From Octopus sinensis (Eukaryota), in contig NC_043019.1 in NCBI RefSeq assembly GCF_006345805.1, positions 10,415,360 through 10,479,359 of the forward strand: a stretch of 64,000 nucleotides of DNA, in the 5' to 3' direction. The position numbers and the translations under genes are program-made. The number at the start of each line of letters is the position of its first letter. The first letter of the stretch is position 1. The notes below the pieces were generated by a model. It was not told the origin of the DNA. It saw only the letters and a program-made list of their open reading frames with translations, and ran no database searches. Shown here piece after piece: positions 1 to 11,332 of the stretch.

Positions 1-364
1 CTACATGCTACGTGTGTCCAACATGGTATTTGCTCCATTTATTTAAAGCCATTAAGAGTATCGATTTTCTTTTCTTGAAAAGAAAAGTCTATATGGCTGC
101 TATTTTTAGCAAAGTCGAACGGCCACGTAAGAGGCTCGAAAGTTACACGTGATGTGGCTGCGTTGAAAGCTTGTGACACGCGCACGCGCACACAACAGGA
201 GACTTTTTATTTGTTGACCGAATTTTCTCTGTTAAAAAGGGATTTTTTTTAAATATTTGTATTTGCTCTCAGCATTTTTAGAAAAATGGTTTTAAATTTA
301 CTATTTTTTTTTTTTTTACTTGTGTGTTGATGTGACAGCTATCAATCTGTCAAGATGAAGCAAT

Positions 365-425
<61 letters not shown>

Positions 426-521
426 CAATTTTACTGAACCTTCAGTTTTTTTATATGCTACACCACTGGTGTGAAATCGATTTTAATTAAATTAATATCT
501 AATTTCTCACCCTCATTTTAA

Positions 522-567
<46 letters not shown>

Positions 568-2100
568 AAACTTCTCCACCCATTTCTACAATTGGACAAG
601 TAAATTAAGAAAATTGATGGATTTTAATTTATTAAAGCTAGTTATATGCATTTTATTATATACACACACATGATATGGCGGTGCTCCAGTATGGCCGCAG
701 CCATTATTTTGGAATGCCTGAAAGAAATTATGTGTAGCGGATGCCTTTTATTATCATTGATAAGGTTCTTGCATGTGCAGGATATTCTTGTAATTAATCC
801 GCTGCTTAATGTTATCAGCTGGCTCATTATCCGAACTGCTTCGTCATACGCACTAAGCTGTGTATTATTAGCAGCATTCGTCTGCCGCCGACATTGTTTG
901 CAAACGAAAAGATAGTTATTATCCCGTAACTTTAATGGCTCAATAAATATCGATTGATTAAAAAGGAAGTAAAAGTAGCAGATTGGAATCGATATAATCG
1001 ATTAAAAAGCCCTTTGAAGCCGCTGCTCCAACATGGCCGTATTCCATTGTGATCGCCCCAAAAAAGCTTGCTTATAATAGTTTAGTGTATCATTTTACAT
1101 ACACACACACACATACACACTTGAGATGTGTATCTTCTCAGTAATTAAGCATTAGTTCATCCGAACTGTTTCCCGTTCATTAAAACTGCCTTCTTCCAAT
1201 TTTAGCTTTCTGTATTTTGTAATTAGGAACAGAAAACAACCGCGTAATTAGACCCAAGTTATTGAAAGATAAACTAACGCTTAATGTCTAATCATCTTCT
1301 GCGTATATGATCTTAGATTATATATATTTATATATATATATATATATAAATAAATAAATATAATAGTAATTATGTAAGTGATAATTTAGTTCGGAATGGG
1401 CGCTGACTGCGTACATATATAATGAATAAAATGGCCGCTTTCATGGTTTCCAGTTGTTAAGACAGAAATAAACGCTGATTAAAGGCAGTGACTATGAAAA
1501 CAAAATATTTATAAGCGATTTCAGGATCTCTCGTGTCGGCGGGTGATGGGATTAAAAAAGGGGGCGGACAATTTAGCGTGTTTTAATAGAAATTTCTGTT
1601 TTAACTTTCGAAACTTGTAAAATAGCATGGCGGAGTAGGCATTAAATTGATGCATGCTAGTTTTTTTTGTTTGTTTGTTTTTGTTCGTTAGTTGGGGTTT
1701 TTCTTTTTTCTTTTTTACCCCCTTCATTAATAGGGGGCGGGGGCGAAAATGTATTATTTGCTGCGGTGCTGGTATTTGTCATCTCAATACCCCCCTGACA
1801 TTATTTTCTGGCAGAACAAAACAAGGGAGATAATCATTGAAGCGTTCAATGTTCCCCAGCCGTGGTTAGAACTCTGCTGTTGTTGCTTCTGGTGCCAAAA
1901 GGCGTCAGGAAATACCATTTTATGGGCAAACATCGATTCCAATTATTCTACACGTCATTGTTTACAGCTTTATCTATTTCGAGTTCCACTGATGCAAATT
2001 ATAAAGTTGTTTTGTTCATAGTTCGCTTACATTAATCCTCTTAATGTTATCAGCTGATAATCTGAAATGCTTCGTCACATATTGTCACTTAACGTCCACT
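1..2100 (+). promoter_or_regulatory. CpG-retaining, promoter-proximal-like region (probable antizyme 5' end / start of intron 1)
   Basis: Elevated CpG, several ATGGC(C/G) YY1-like motifs (93, 654, 671, 1033, 1431), GC boxes GGGGCGG (~1561, ~1733-1744) and E-box CACGTG (~146). Confidence 0.4.
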
Positions 2101-4257
2101 TTTCCATGCTTGCATGGGTCAGATGGAATTTTGTTTATGGATATTAGCACAAACTTTTGAACTCGGTCAGATGCTGCACTGGGCAAATATTTTCGAAGGG
2201 CATATTTTAGTGATCCACCAGCCGACCCCATTCCTCTCCCAACCAAGGTCTATCTAGGACTATCTTGTTATAGTGTTTTTCTTTTTCCAAAACTGCATAG
2301 TTGGTGTAATTTGAGCGCTGGTTTAGCTTCTCTTTTTAGCAGATCGGACGACCACATGAATGTTTCCTTGTTAGATTCCATACCAGAACAATGGCGCTAT
2401 TTTTCTACATTTCATTTTTCTTCGTTTGCAGTATCATTCCCTTTCCTGCAAATCATTTTATGCAGAATTTTAGTGTATTTGAAAAATAAACACTCGAAGT
2501 CTGTAGTGGGTTCATTGATATTAGGTGTAATTACATAATTCTCTTCTATATCCAGGTTTAAAGTTTTTTTTGCCTTTCTTAAAATGTTAAAAATCCTTAT
2601 CAAGGTTATTTTCTTTGTAAACGCTTTTATCGATTTTGTTCTAATAAAAAAAAATTGTAATTAGTAAAAAGTTTGGGCGTTTTCAGTTTTGATACTCCAT
2701 TAGCTTGGTCGCCATATTTGTGACTGGAAATGAGGGATAAAATATGTAAAGAAACGTTGTTATGAACGTTGGTGTTATATTTAATTCTTAGATTTATGTA
2801 TTTATGTGTGTCCAATGTTTTCTATACAAATATTATGTTTGTTTTCAAACAAAAGCGATAGAAAAGTGCACATTTCCCCCATTATTGCAGTCTGTTGCAG
2901 TTACATCCCTTGCTCACCACATTCACCTCCAAATGGCGTCTCTTTCTCTCTCACTCTGTCCTCCATACTTAGTTTAAAATACTTTTTCTCTGCTGCTGCT
3001 TTTCAACTTGTACTGTGTTTTTGCTCTTAAATATTATTTCTCTCCCTCTTCCTCCCTTCAATGCTACAATTGTTAAAAGGCCTCGTCTTGTCATTTAACC
3101 CAATTAGTGTAGCTGAATTTTTAGCTAATAGTTTTGGGGTAGGATGTAGAATAGACAGGGAATCTAATTTAGCCATTTTATTCTGGAGACGATTCACTTC
3201 CAAATATATATGTATGCTGTTCTTGTTTATAGATACATCTATCAATGTGATGATTAAATCGTACATAGGGCATTCTTTCGCCTTTAGCAGCTAAGAAAAT
3301 ATATCGTTTAGCTTACATTCGGTTTATGATCACAAATTGAAAATGTTGGCATTATTCAGCAATGTCAAAGAGGAACACGCCTCTTGCGATTTGGCATCAC
3401 ACAAATATACAGGACTTTCAATTCTTAATGTCTTGATTTTCTTAATTACGGAGATTACAATTTTGAAAAAGAAAAAAAATGCCGATTGTTTAGGATAATT
3501 TTCCACTTTCATTTTAGACTATTGGCATCTCTCATAAAATCGTAAGAAAACCTATCTTTGGTTTATAATCATGTCGAACCTAATTAGGATCTGTATGAAC
3601 CCTTGGGAGTCTCTTTTACATGTTTTAGTCATTTGTCTGCGGCCATGCTGGAGCACCGCCTTTAGTCGAAGAAATCGACCACAGTCGAGTCTGAGATTTT
3701 GTCAAAATTTGGGGTTTACGTTTTGAATCAAAAATCCATTTGTGGTTGGTCGACCGACAATGCCCTCTTCCTTCTCTCCTTTTTTTATTCTTCGGGTGTC
3801 ATAAAATAGTGAACGAGAATAGTCATGATAGTCAAAAAAAGTCACGTTTTTAAATTTAAATGAAAACGAATAAATGCAGTAAAAGCACCAAATTTATATA
3901 ATACTATTACACTTTGCGGGGGCGGTGATTGCATTCTTATCTTTAATACTGCTAAGAAGATTGACAAAATCGCTTCTGGAGTTTTTCAAGTGAATATTTC
4001 GTCCGACTTGTCTCCCCGTGACTTTTACACGTGACCCCCCCCCCCAGTATCCCCTTTTTCCGCAATTTTCTTCCTCTGCCTCTACAAGACCTGAATTTTT
4101 GTCCCTCCCCTCTTTCTACTTTAGATAAAAATTAATACCCTTAAGCAAGTCCGAACGAAACTTCTTAGGGTTCTCTACAAACGCATCCACATTTTCAAAA
4201 CCCGTTACAGATAGATATGGGATGGTCAGTAGTTGGAACGCTACAGAGGCTTTGATC

Positions 4258-4478
4258 TGAGGCTTGACCCTTTGGCATCCAGATTATTTTGTCAAATGTA
4301 ATGGTCATTTATTCACCCCGTTTTGAATTAATCCTGCATTTTCTCATAGCTTTGAGATTCGATGGTGTAATTACTTTTAGAATGATAGGGTAGGTGTGAG
4401 AGACCAGTTCTGGCCACTCAACATAAAATGGGTAGAATATTTGGACCAGGCATGGCCAGTTTAAATGCTAAAGGGTTT
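4258..4478. mobile_element. Abundant TTAACCC-terminated MITE-like family; further copies at ~5290-5480, 8860-8960, 9705-9835, 10780-10985, 11530-11680, 13340-13465, 15230-15350, 15990-16110, 47030-47420, 47500-47880
   Basis: Shared core TTTTGAATTAATC.TGCATTA…AGCTTTGAGATTTC.ATGATGTGATTG…GTAGGTGTGAGAGGCC.GATCTGG…TTTAAATGCTAAAGGG. Confidence 0.7.
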
Positions 4479-4690
4479 GGCCAGTTCTCTGTCGGTCAAT
4501 ATGGCCCTTGGAGGTTCATATAAGATTTTAAGACTTCTGCACATCTACAATGCACAATGTATTTTTTAAATACAAGCCCTAATATTTAATTAGAAAAATT
4601 CAGTTTTTTTTAAAACATCAAATGACTCAGAGGGCTCATTTGAGTAAAACAGTTACCGAAGGGTCCATAGGTTTAAAAAAAAAAACGATC

Positions 4691-5030
4691 CAGTGGCTGT
4701 GTGATAAGTAGCTTGCTTACCAACCACATGGTGCCAGGTTCAGTCCCACTGCGTGGTACCTTGGGCAAGTATCTTCTACTATAGCCTTGGGCCGACCAAA
4801 GCCTTGTGAGTGGATTTGGTAGACAGAAACTAAAAGAAGCCCATTGTATATATATATATATATATATGTATGTTAGGGTGTTTACGTCCCCGTAACTTGG
4901 CAGTTCGGCAAAAAAGATTGATAGAATAAGTACTAGGCTTACAAAGAATAAGTCCTGGTGTCGATTTCTTTGACTAAAAAGCAGTGCTCCAGCATGGCCG
5001 CAGTAAAATGACTGAAACAAATAAAAGAAT
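4691..5030 (+). mobile_element. tRNA-derived SINE family A; other copies at ~17555-17845+, 26890-27100+, 35470-35665+, 36056-36445+, 53335-53760-, 54150-54450-, 55110-55280+, 58235-58650-, 62240-62470-
   Basis: Head GTGGCTGTGTG.TAAGTAGCTTGCTTACCAACCACATGG…GGTTCAGTCCC (A/B-box-like), body GCCTTGTGAGTGGATTTGGTAGAC.GAAACTG, internal microsatellite, tail GCATGGCCGCAGT.AAATGACTGAAAC. Confidence 0.85.
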
Positions 5031-5506
5031 ATAGAGACTATAGAAAAAAAAAAATTGGTTCAAACACTGGACACTGGAGACCAGTCTTAAATGCCAGAGA
5101 GGCTGATAGCAGCTGTTTCTCTTGCTGCTGTATCTGTTATTGATATGATTGAAACTAGAACAGCTGCTTCTACTACTTGCTGATAGTCACTTTATAAGAT
5201 TCCTTATTTTCAAAATTGCAAAAAAAAAAAGTGACTATCATTAAGATGGAAAAATATTTAACATGACTGATTTGAATTTAGATTTGAATTTCCCTTTGAC
5301 CTTTCAGCATTTGAACCAGCCAGATTAGGCCTTTTTACACCTACCTTACAATGTCCTAAAAATAGCCACATTATTGAAATCTCCAATAATGCATTATTAA
5401 TTCACAGCAATGTGAATAAATGTTCCATTTTGACAGATTAATCTAAATGCTAATTGGCAAAAACATTTTTTTTTTTTTATATAATCAGGAAAGGCATTTA
5501 GATATT

Positions 5507-5665
5507 AACCCATTAATTCCTACTGTCCTATAAATAGGACACTAAATGAGAACATTAGATAAGCTATATCACATTGTTTCAGTGTCCTATTTATAGGACA
5601 CCGAGTATTTCCATTTCTATTTGAAGTAAAGGAGTATTAATAATTATTTTTTTCATTTTAACCTA
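5507..5665. mobile_element. piggyBac-like MITE remnant
   Basis: TTAACCC terminus with internal inverted palindromic repeats TGTCCTATAAATAGGACA / TGTCCTATTTATAGGACA. Confidence 0.4.
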
Positions 5666-5857
5666 TTTTCAATCATCTGTAAACATTTTAAAGTAATATT
5701 CAGAAATGTAAGTCCTCTGGGTTAAGTTATTCTTGAGCATCCTGGTGGTGGAGTGCAGAATTGTTTTTTAGAAGCTATTTCTTGTCCTTTGTGTGTGGAT
5801 TTTCTTCCATATGGTGAAGAGCTATGACCTAAACATCAGTTTCACCATGCATTAGAC

Positions 5858-6004
5858 CAGTGGTTCCCAACCTGGGGTTCATAAAGGTAGTGCTGGGGTG
5901 GGTCCGTGAAATAAATTCAAATTTTCCTGTGTATACATAAGGATAAGCATGTTAAAAGGGGTTCCTTGGGAAAACTCATTTAATTAAAGGGCTGAGAACC
6001 ACTA
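5858..6004. mobile_element. hAT (Charlie-like) MITE
   Basis: TIRs CAGTGGTTCCCAACC … GGCTGAGAACCACTA. Confidence 0.6.
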
Positions 6005-6276
6005 CAGTTGACATTTTTTTGTTGTTGAATTTTTTTTTTTCCCTCTCTAGTTTCAGCTCAGAGCTGCGGCCATGCTGATGCACCGCCATTCATCATTCAT
6101 TTATATGTAATATCCTGTCCTTTAATGTCCAGAAAATGGACTTTAAATGATAATCTGAAGAATGAGGGTGAAATCAGATTCTAGGATCTTGTCTTTTATC
6201 TCCTGTGCTTGATGTTATCTTCCTTTTTTTTTTTTCTTACCCTTGGAAAATATAATTAGGTACCCAATGCAAAGAC

Positions 6277-6318
<42 letters not shown>

Positions 6319-6355
6319 TATATTCTAATGTTTTCTTTTTTTGATCTCTTTCCAG

Positions 6356-6665
6356 GTGGGAGACGGAGAGATATTGTATATCTCTCGGTACTGGGCCTCG
6401 GTGGTGTTCCTGACGCCCCCCACGCCGAGATGTCTGAACTGACAGAGGGCAGCGGTGTGGGGATCAGGAAAGAGCCCCCTGTCAATGCCAAAAGCCCATA
6501 TTTTGGGCATTTAGGGGCTTTGGCACAGGCACAGGTTGCCTCGAACTTGTGCTTTAAAGTTGAAGTTGCCGAAGGGATGCAGGTTACCTGGGAAACTATG
6601 CTCGTTGATGGCAAGTTGTTTGTGGAGATACCCACCGGTATATTACCAGAAGGTTCTAAAGAAGG
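6356..6665 (+). CDS. OAZ: Ornithine decarboxylase antizyme, frameshift exon: end of ORF1 (…WETERYCISLGTGPRWCS*, TGA 6411-6413) and start of ORF2 in the +1 frame (DAPHAEMSEL…KLFVEIPTGILPEGSKEG)
   Basis: Long pyrimidine tract + CCAG acceptor (6355), GG|GTAAGT donor (6665/6666). GGG CCT CGG TGG TGT TCC TGA C matches the metazoan antizyme shift site (GPRWCS*D). LFVEIPTGILPEGSKE is the antizyme core motif. Confidence 0.97.
6408..6484 (+). promoter_or_regulatory. Programmed +1 frameshift site (UCC UGA C) and 3' stimulatory RNA pseudoknot
   Basis: Stem 1: CCCCACGCCG (6418-6427) pairs with CGGTGTGGGG (6453-6462), 10 bp with one G:U. Stem 2: TGACAGAGGGC (6440-6450) pairs with GCCCCCTGTCA (6474-6484), 11 positions with one A.C mismatch. 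The stems are interleaved (H-type). Confidence 0.92.
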
Positions 6666-7039
6666 GTAAGTCTTAATGTTTCTTTTTCTGTTCCTTAAAC
6701 TAGCTGCAGGTGTGTTTAGTGTGGTTTAAGAGGTTCTCTTTACAACCCTTGTGGTTTTGAGTTCAATCTCCCTTTTCTGGCCCCTTGGGCAAGGGCAAGC
6801 ATTTTTTACTATTGTATAGGGCCTGCCCTATCCCTTGCAAGTTAAAATTGTTACTGGAAACTGTGCTGAAGTTCATTGGGCCTATATGCACTTATGTGTA
6901 AGAATGTTTCTTTGTTCTTATCTCTCAACTCTTGACAACAGGGGTCCCACATGACTTGGTATTTATTTTGTCAAGCCTTGTGTTGATCGCATTGACGAAC
7001 CACTCAGGTCAATTAGATGAACTAAACTTCTCAAGGTCG

Positions 7040-7292
7040 TGTATGGAAGCTGCGGGCGCGAGCCCATGTGAAGCTGGCCGCGGGTGCAGATCTCAGTAGT
7101 AGTAGTAGCAAATATTTGAACAAGACCTTTGAAGTGGAAAAGAGTTCCATGCCAATGGCAGTCGAGCATGGGTCAGTCGGTCCTAAGAAGCGGGCGAAAG
7201 CTTCCACGAAAGGCGCTGGATCCATCGTTGTTGTTGTTGTAGCGGCCTCGCATCGAAAGGGAATTGGGTTAATATTCCCAAACCCGAACCAA
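7040..7292 (+). pseudogene. 28S rRNA-derived fragment in antizyme intron
   Basis: GGTGCAGATCT…GTAGTAGCAAATATT…GAAGTGGA…GTTCCATG…CATGGGTCAGTCGGTCCTAAG…ATCGAAAGGGAAT.GGGTT resembles a conserved LSU rRNA segment, with substitutions and deletions. No flanking rDNA. Confidence 0.85.
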
Positions 7293-7704
7293 TGACTTGG
7301 ACAAGTAAAATAGTTAATCTTGGAATAGTCAAGTTTCTGCTGTTCTTTTATACCAGTCTCCTCCACCGAATGATATCTCTGGCTTATTTCACCCTGGCCA
7401 TCTCCCTCTAACCCCAACCACCACTACCTTATGAAACCCTATATATTAACTGGCTCATATCAAGTCTTGCTCTAATTAAGATATTAAGATGCTAATTCAA
7501 TGGCCTTTAATTCTCTCTGCTGCATTTAATAAATTCAATGTCCTTATCAGTTGATTCCAATACAAGTGAGAGAATTCTTCACCATTTTTATTACCAAATT
7601 TCTAGAATGCATTGTCTTTGTTTCGGTTAAGTTTGAAAATGAAGACTTTAGCAAAATAACTGTCGTTATTCATTTGATGTTTGGAACATAAAGTTAATAC
7701 AATG

Positions 7705-7850
7705 TGGTTGGCATTAGGAAGGGCATCCAGTTGTAGAAACTCTGCCAGATCAAGATTGGAGCCTGGTGCAGCCATCTGGTTCACCAGCCCTCAAGTCAAA
7801 ATCGTCCAACCCATGCTAGCATGGAAAGCGGACGTTAAACGATGATGATT
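7705..7850 (+). mobile_element. RTE-tail repeat family C; other copies at ~8385-8525+, 18800-19315- (two), 19803-20015-, 47590-47770-, 48330-48475+, 49100-49250-, 53520-53680-, 60690-60930+, 61050-61320-
   Basis: TGGCATTAGGAAGGGCATCCAG.TGTAGAAAC…CCAACCCATGCTAGCATGGAAAGCGGACGTTAAACGATGATG. The same sequence ends the RTE fragment at ~60930. Confidence 0.8.
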
Positions 7851-9877
7851 TTTTGATGGAAGCTTTGAATTTAGATAACTTTCAAAAGAAGCAGTATCTT
7901 GGAACCAAAGGTGGTCTCAGAAGTGTTAAAGCTCAGCCATTTAAATGCTGTTGAAGATGTTATTTCAACCTGTTTGTACTGGCATCAATTTTACCAATGA
8001 GGCACATACAGGTACACCACCAGTTTTCCAGCAACTTATAGTCTGGCACCCCCTTTTAACCTGGATCAAATTACACAGAGTGGGATGGAGTTGACTTGAA
8101 ATTCCTGTGGCCTCCAGTTCTAGTTCACTGCAGCCACAGGTGGCAATGTGTGCATCGTGTTTTATGTGCATGATATATGCTGCACTTGTTAGCAGGGATA
8201 TCCTGATTTAACCCTTTCAATATCAACCTGGCTGAAACCGCCTCTGGCTCTCTAGTAAAAATGTCTTGTTTTCAAAAGTTCTGAATTAAAACCTTCCACC
8301 AAACTTTAGTTGTTATGTTCCTAACACTAGCTATATCTTGCGGGGAAGATGGCCAGGTCAGAGGGTCTTGCGAGTGACATTAAAAAGCATTCACCACTCT
8401 CTGTAAAGTGGTTGGTATGTTAGGAAGGGCATCCAGCCATAGATACTATACCAAAACAGACAATTCGAGTCAGCTCTTGTCAAACTGTCCATCCTCTGCC
8501 AGAATGGAAAATGGATGTCAAATGATAATGATGATTATTATCAAAAGGATGAATAGTACCAGCCTTACTGTGAATTCCGACTGGTTAGGATTGGTTGTGC
8601 AATTATGTTGAAGGATGATGAAATAATTGCTTCCTTTTCGATATCCACCCACCCGTGACCATCCCTGGCTCTATGATTCACACTTCCTGCCTAATGTGAT
8701 CTAAATCAAAGCCTTCCATCAGAAGTCCACCAGTTCAATATAAGTGAGTGATTTCATGGAATTCTTCATTGTTATTTCCAAAACTGATTGAAACAAACAT
8801 ATTCTGAACCGAAGCATGAACTTGTTAGCTTTCTGTCAAGTTTATCACTTATTCCCATTATGTTGTGGCTTTGAGGTTTCGATGATGTGATTGTTTATTT
8901 TTACAATGACATTGTAGGATAGGTGTGATAAGACAGATCTGGTTGGTTGAACATAAAACAAGTAAAATACATTACAACAGGAATACGGTAAGAATACAAT
9001 GAAGAGGTCAGTAAACTGGCAAAATTAAATGTTGAAGAAAATTCCTGTCTGTATTTAGTTCCAGCTCTTTACCATGAGGTCAACTTTAGCTTTTTAACAT
9101 AATCAACCGTTGCCTTCTCACTTAATTTCTTATATTCGCACTTTTGGAAGTAATTCAGGGGAGTGGACTGAAAGAATTGTTTGAGTATTGGGCGGGGCGG
9201 GGTGAGGTGGGGGAGAATACCTTGTGGTATTTATTGCTTAACGCTTTGTTCTGAGTTCAAATCCTGCCAAGGTCGATACAATAAACTGAGAGACAAGTGG
9301 TGACATTGATATAATAATAATCAACCGTTCCTTCTTCCCCCCTCCTCTGCTCCCCCTTGTGCCTATCTTTGCAACAATGATTATTCATGTCAGTGGAGGG
9401 TTGTTGTGGAATCAATGACTCATTGAACGAACAACCTTGACGTATTTTCATTTATCTTTTAATGTTTTGTGCTAAAAATTCCTCAGTTGTAGACTTTGAT
9501 TCCTTTTCTGTAAAGTTTATTTTTCTTATCAGTCAATAAAATAAGTATTTAGGTTGGGTTAATCAGTTGACCCGCTGCCCTACAATTCTCTATCTCATGT
9601 AGACCTCAATGTTCAGAAGATAAGCTCAGCCCAGTTTCCATCTCATTTAATCAATTGATTAAACTTTCAAATTACTGCCAAACGTAAATGCTTATTAACA
9701 ACTTACATTGTTTTGAATTAATCCTGCATTATTTCATAGCTTTGAGATTTCAATGATGTGATTAAGAATAACATTGTAGTGTAGGTGTGATAGGTCAGAT
9801 CTGGTCAGCTGAATATAAAACTAAAAGGGTTTAGTTGATCACAACACTCCCCCACTGCATTAATACTCGCAACAGGA

Positions 9878-9927
9878 TGCTGGTCAGTTGCTGGTCAGTT
9901 GCTGGTCAGTTGCTGGTCAGTTGCTGG
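9878..9927. repeat. 11-bp tandem repeat (TGCTGGTCAGT)x4+
   Basis: Directly visible. Confidence 0.9.
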
Positions 9928-10093
9928 CTCAATTCCCCTGTGAAGGTGCATCACCTACTGGTTATGTTTTTGCACCCCTAATCATAAGATAATGGTTTCA
10001 ATTCCTGAATTGGCTGGTATGATGTGTTCTTGGACACACTTAATTTCATGTTGCTTCACCAAACTCGATTGAAAATAAAATGTAGATCTAGAC

Positions 10094-10691
10094 CAGGGCT
10101 GGGCAACTGGAGTCCCTCGGCCTGCTCGATACTTTCTTGAAATGGGTGACCGCTTTATTGGGTTCAATTTCAAAATATAATTGTATGTACAGTTCTGTAT
10201 TTAAGAGATGAGGAATTATGTACATTATTTACATTTGGCAGCTATTTGTCATCTTGTTTGTTGTTAACACATAGCCTACTATAGCCTCAGGCTGACCAAA
10301 GCCTTGTGAGTGGATTTGGTAGACGGAAACTGAAAGAAACCCATCATATGTATTATGTATGTTTGTGTGTGTCCTCCCGCCATTGCTTGACAACCGATAG
10401 TAGTGTGTTTACATCTCCGTAACTTAGCAGTTCGGCAAGAGACTGATAAAATAAGTACTAGGCTTACAAAGCGTAAGTCCTGGGGTTGATTTGCTCGATT
10501 AAAGGTAGTGTTCCAGCATGGCCACAGTCAAATGACTGAAACAAGTAAAAGAATAAACGGAAAGTATTAAAAAAATTCTTGATTCTGTAATTTGATTCTT
10601 TGACTATTTGTACATAAAGTATATGAGCAGCCCTGAAAAAACTTTTGTGATTGAAGTGGGCCCGCAGTGTAATTTGAGTTGTCCAGGTCTG
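10094..10691. mobile_element. hAT (Charlie-like) non-autonomous element with nested SINE (~10270-10560)
   Basis: TIRs CAGGGCTGGGCAACT / AGTTGTCCAGGTCTG and a perfect 8-bp TSD ATCTAGAC (10086-10093 and 10692-10699). Confidence 0.8.
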
Positions 10692-11332
10692 ATCTAGACA
10701 TAATGTGTTGTAGCATTTTGAGTAGAGAGCTTCTATTCACATGCTAGAAACAGCAGCCAAATCTTTCTTTAAACAATTAGCATTCAGATTACTCGGTCAT
10801 ATTTAATACTTATTAATTTACAAAAAAATTTTAACTAATCGTGTATAACTTCATAGCTTTGGGATTTTCATTGATGGAATGACATTGTCGGGTAAATGTG
10901 AGAAGCCAGATGTGGTCAATTCGAACATAGAACCAGTGGAATATTTGGGCCTGGTGTGGCTGGTTTAAATGCAAAAGGGTTAAATCTCATTTTCATATTT
11001 AATATGGAAAGGACAGATTGAAGAAACTGGTTCAAGAAATCATGTTTTAAAAATGGGGGGATGGTCACAGCTGGAACGACTTTGATCATAGGTCTTCTCA
11101 GTCAGGTTTGACCAGGAGTTCAACCACTTCATTGTGCTGTTGTTTATCCCTTGATTAGTCTAGACTGATTCTTGCTAAGACCACAAGTAATCTCTCGTGT
11201 CCATTCCATACATTTTCTATGACTCTGCTAATCCAGCACTTTAATGAGCTGGCTAATACCAAGTTATTAATCCTTAAGTGTTAGGATTATTCCATCAGAC
11301 ATGGTTTCTGGATTAATGATGGGTGTTATCTC

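Noticed and set aside
642-915. ORFs 642-827(-) and 646-915(+) as antizyme exon 1
   Set aside because: They begin in a SINE-tail-like GCGGTGCTCCAG.ATGGCCGCAG fragment, have no suitable phase-2 donor and show no antizyme similarity.
6316-6669. Track ORF 'MYILMFSFFDLFPGG…' as a stand-alone protein
   Set aside because: It starts in the intron's pyrimidine tract. Only 6412-6665 is real ORF2, reached by frameshifting.
7031-7417. ORFs of 128 aa and 75 aa
   Set aside because: They overlap the 28S rRNA-derived fragment and are not protein-like.
9878-9927. Short direct repeats as a CRISPR-like array
   Set aside because: Contiguous 11-bp units with no spacers, in a eukaryotic context.
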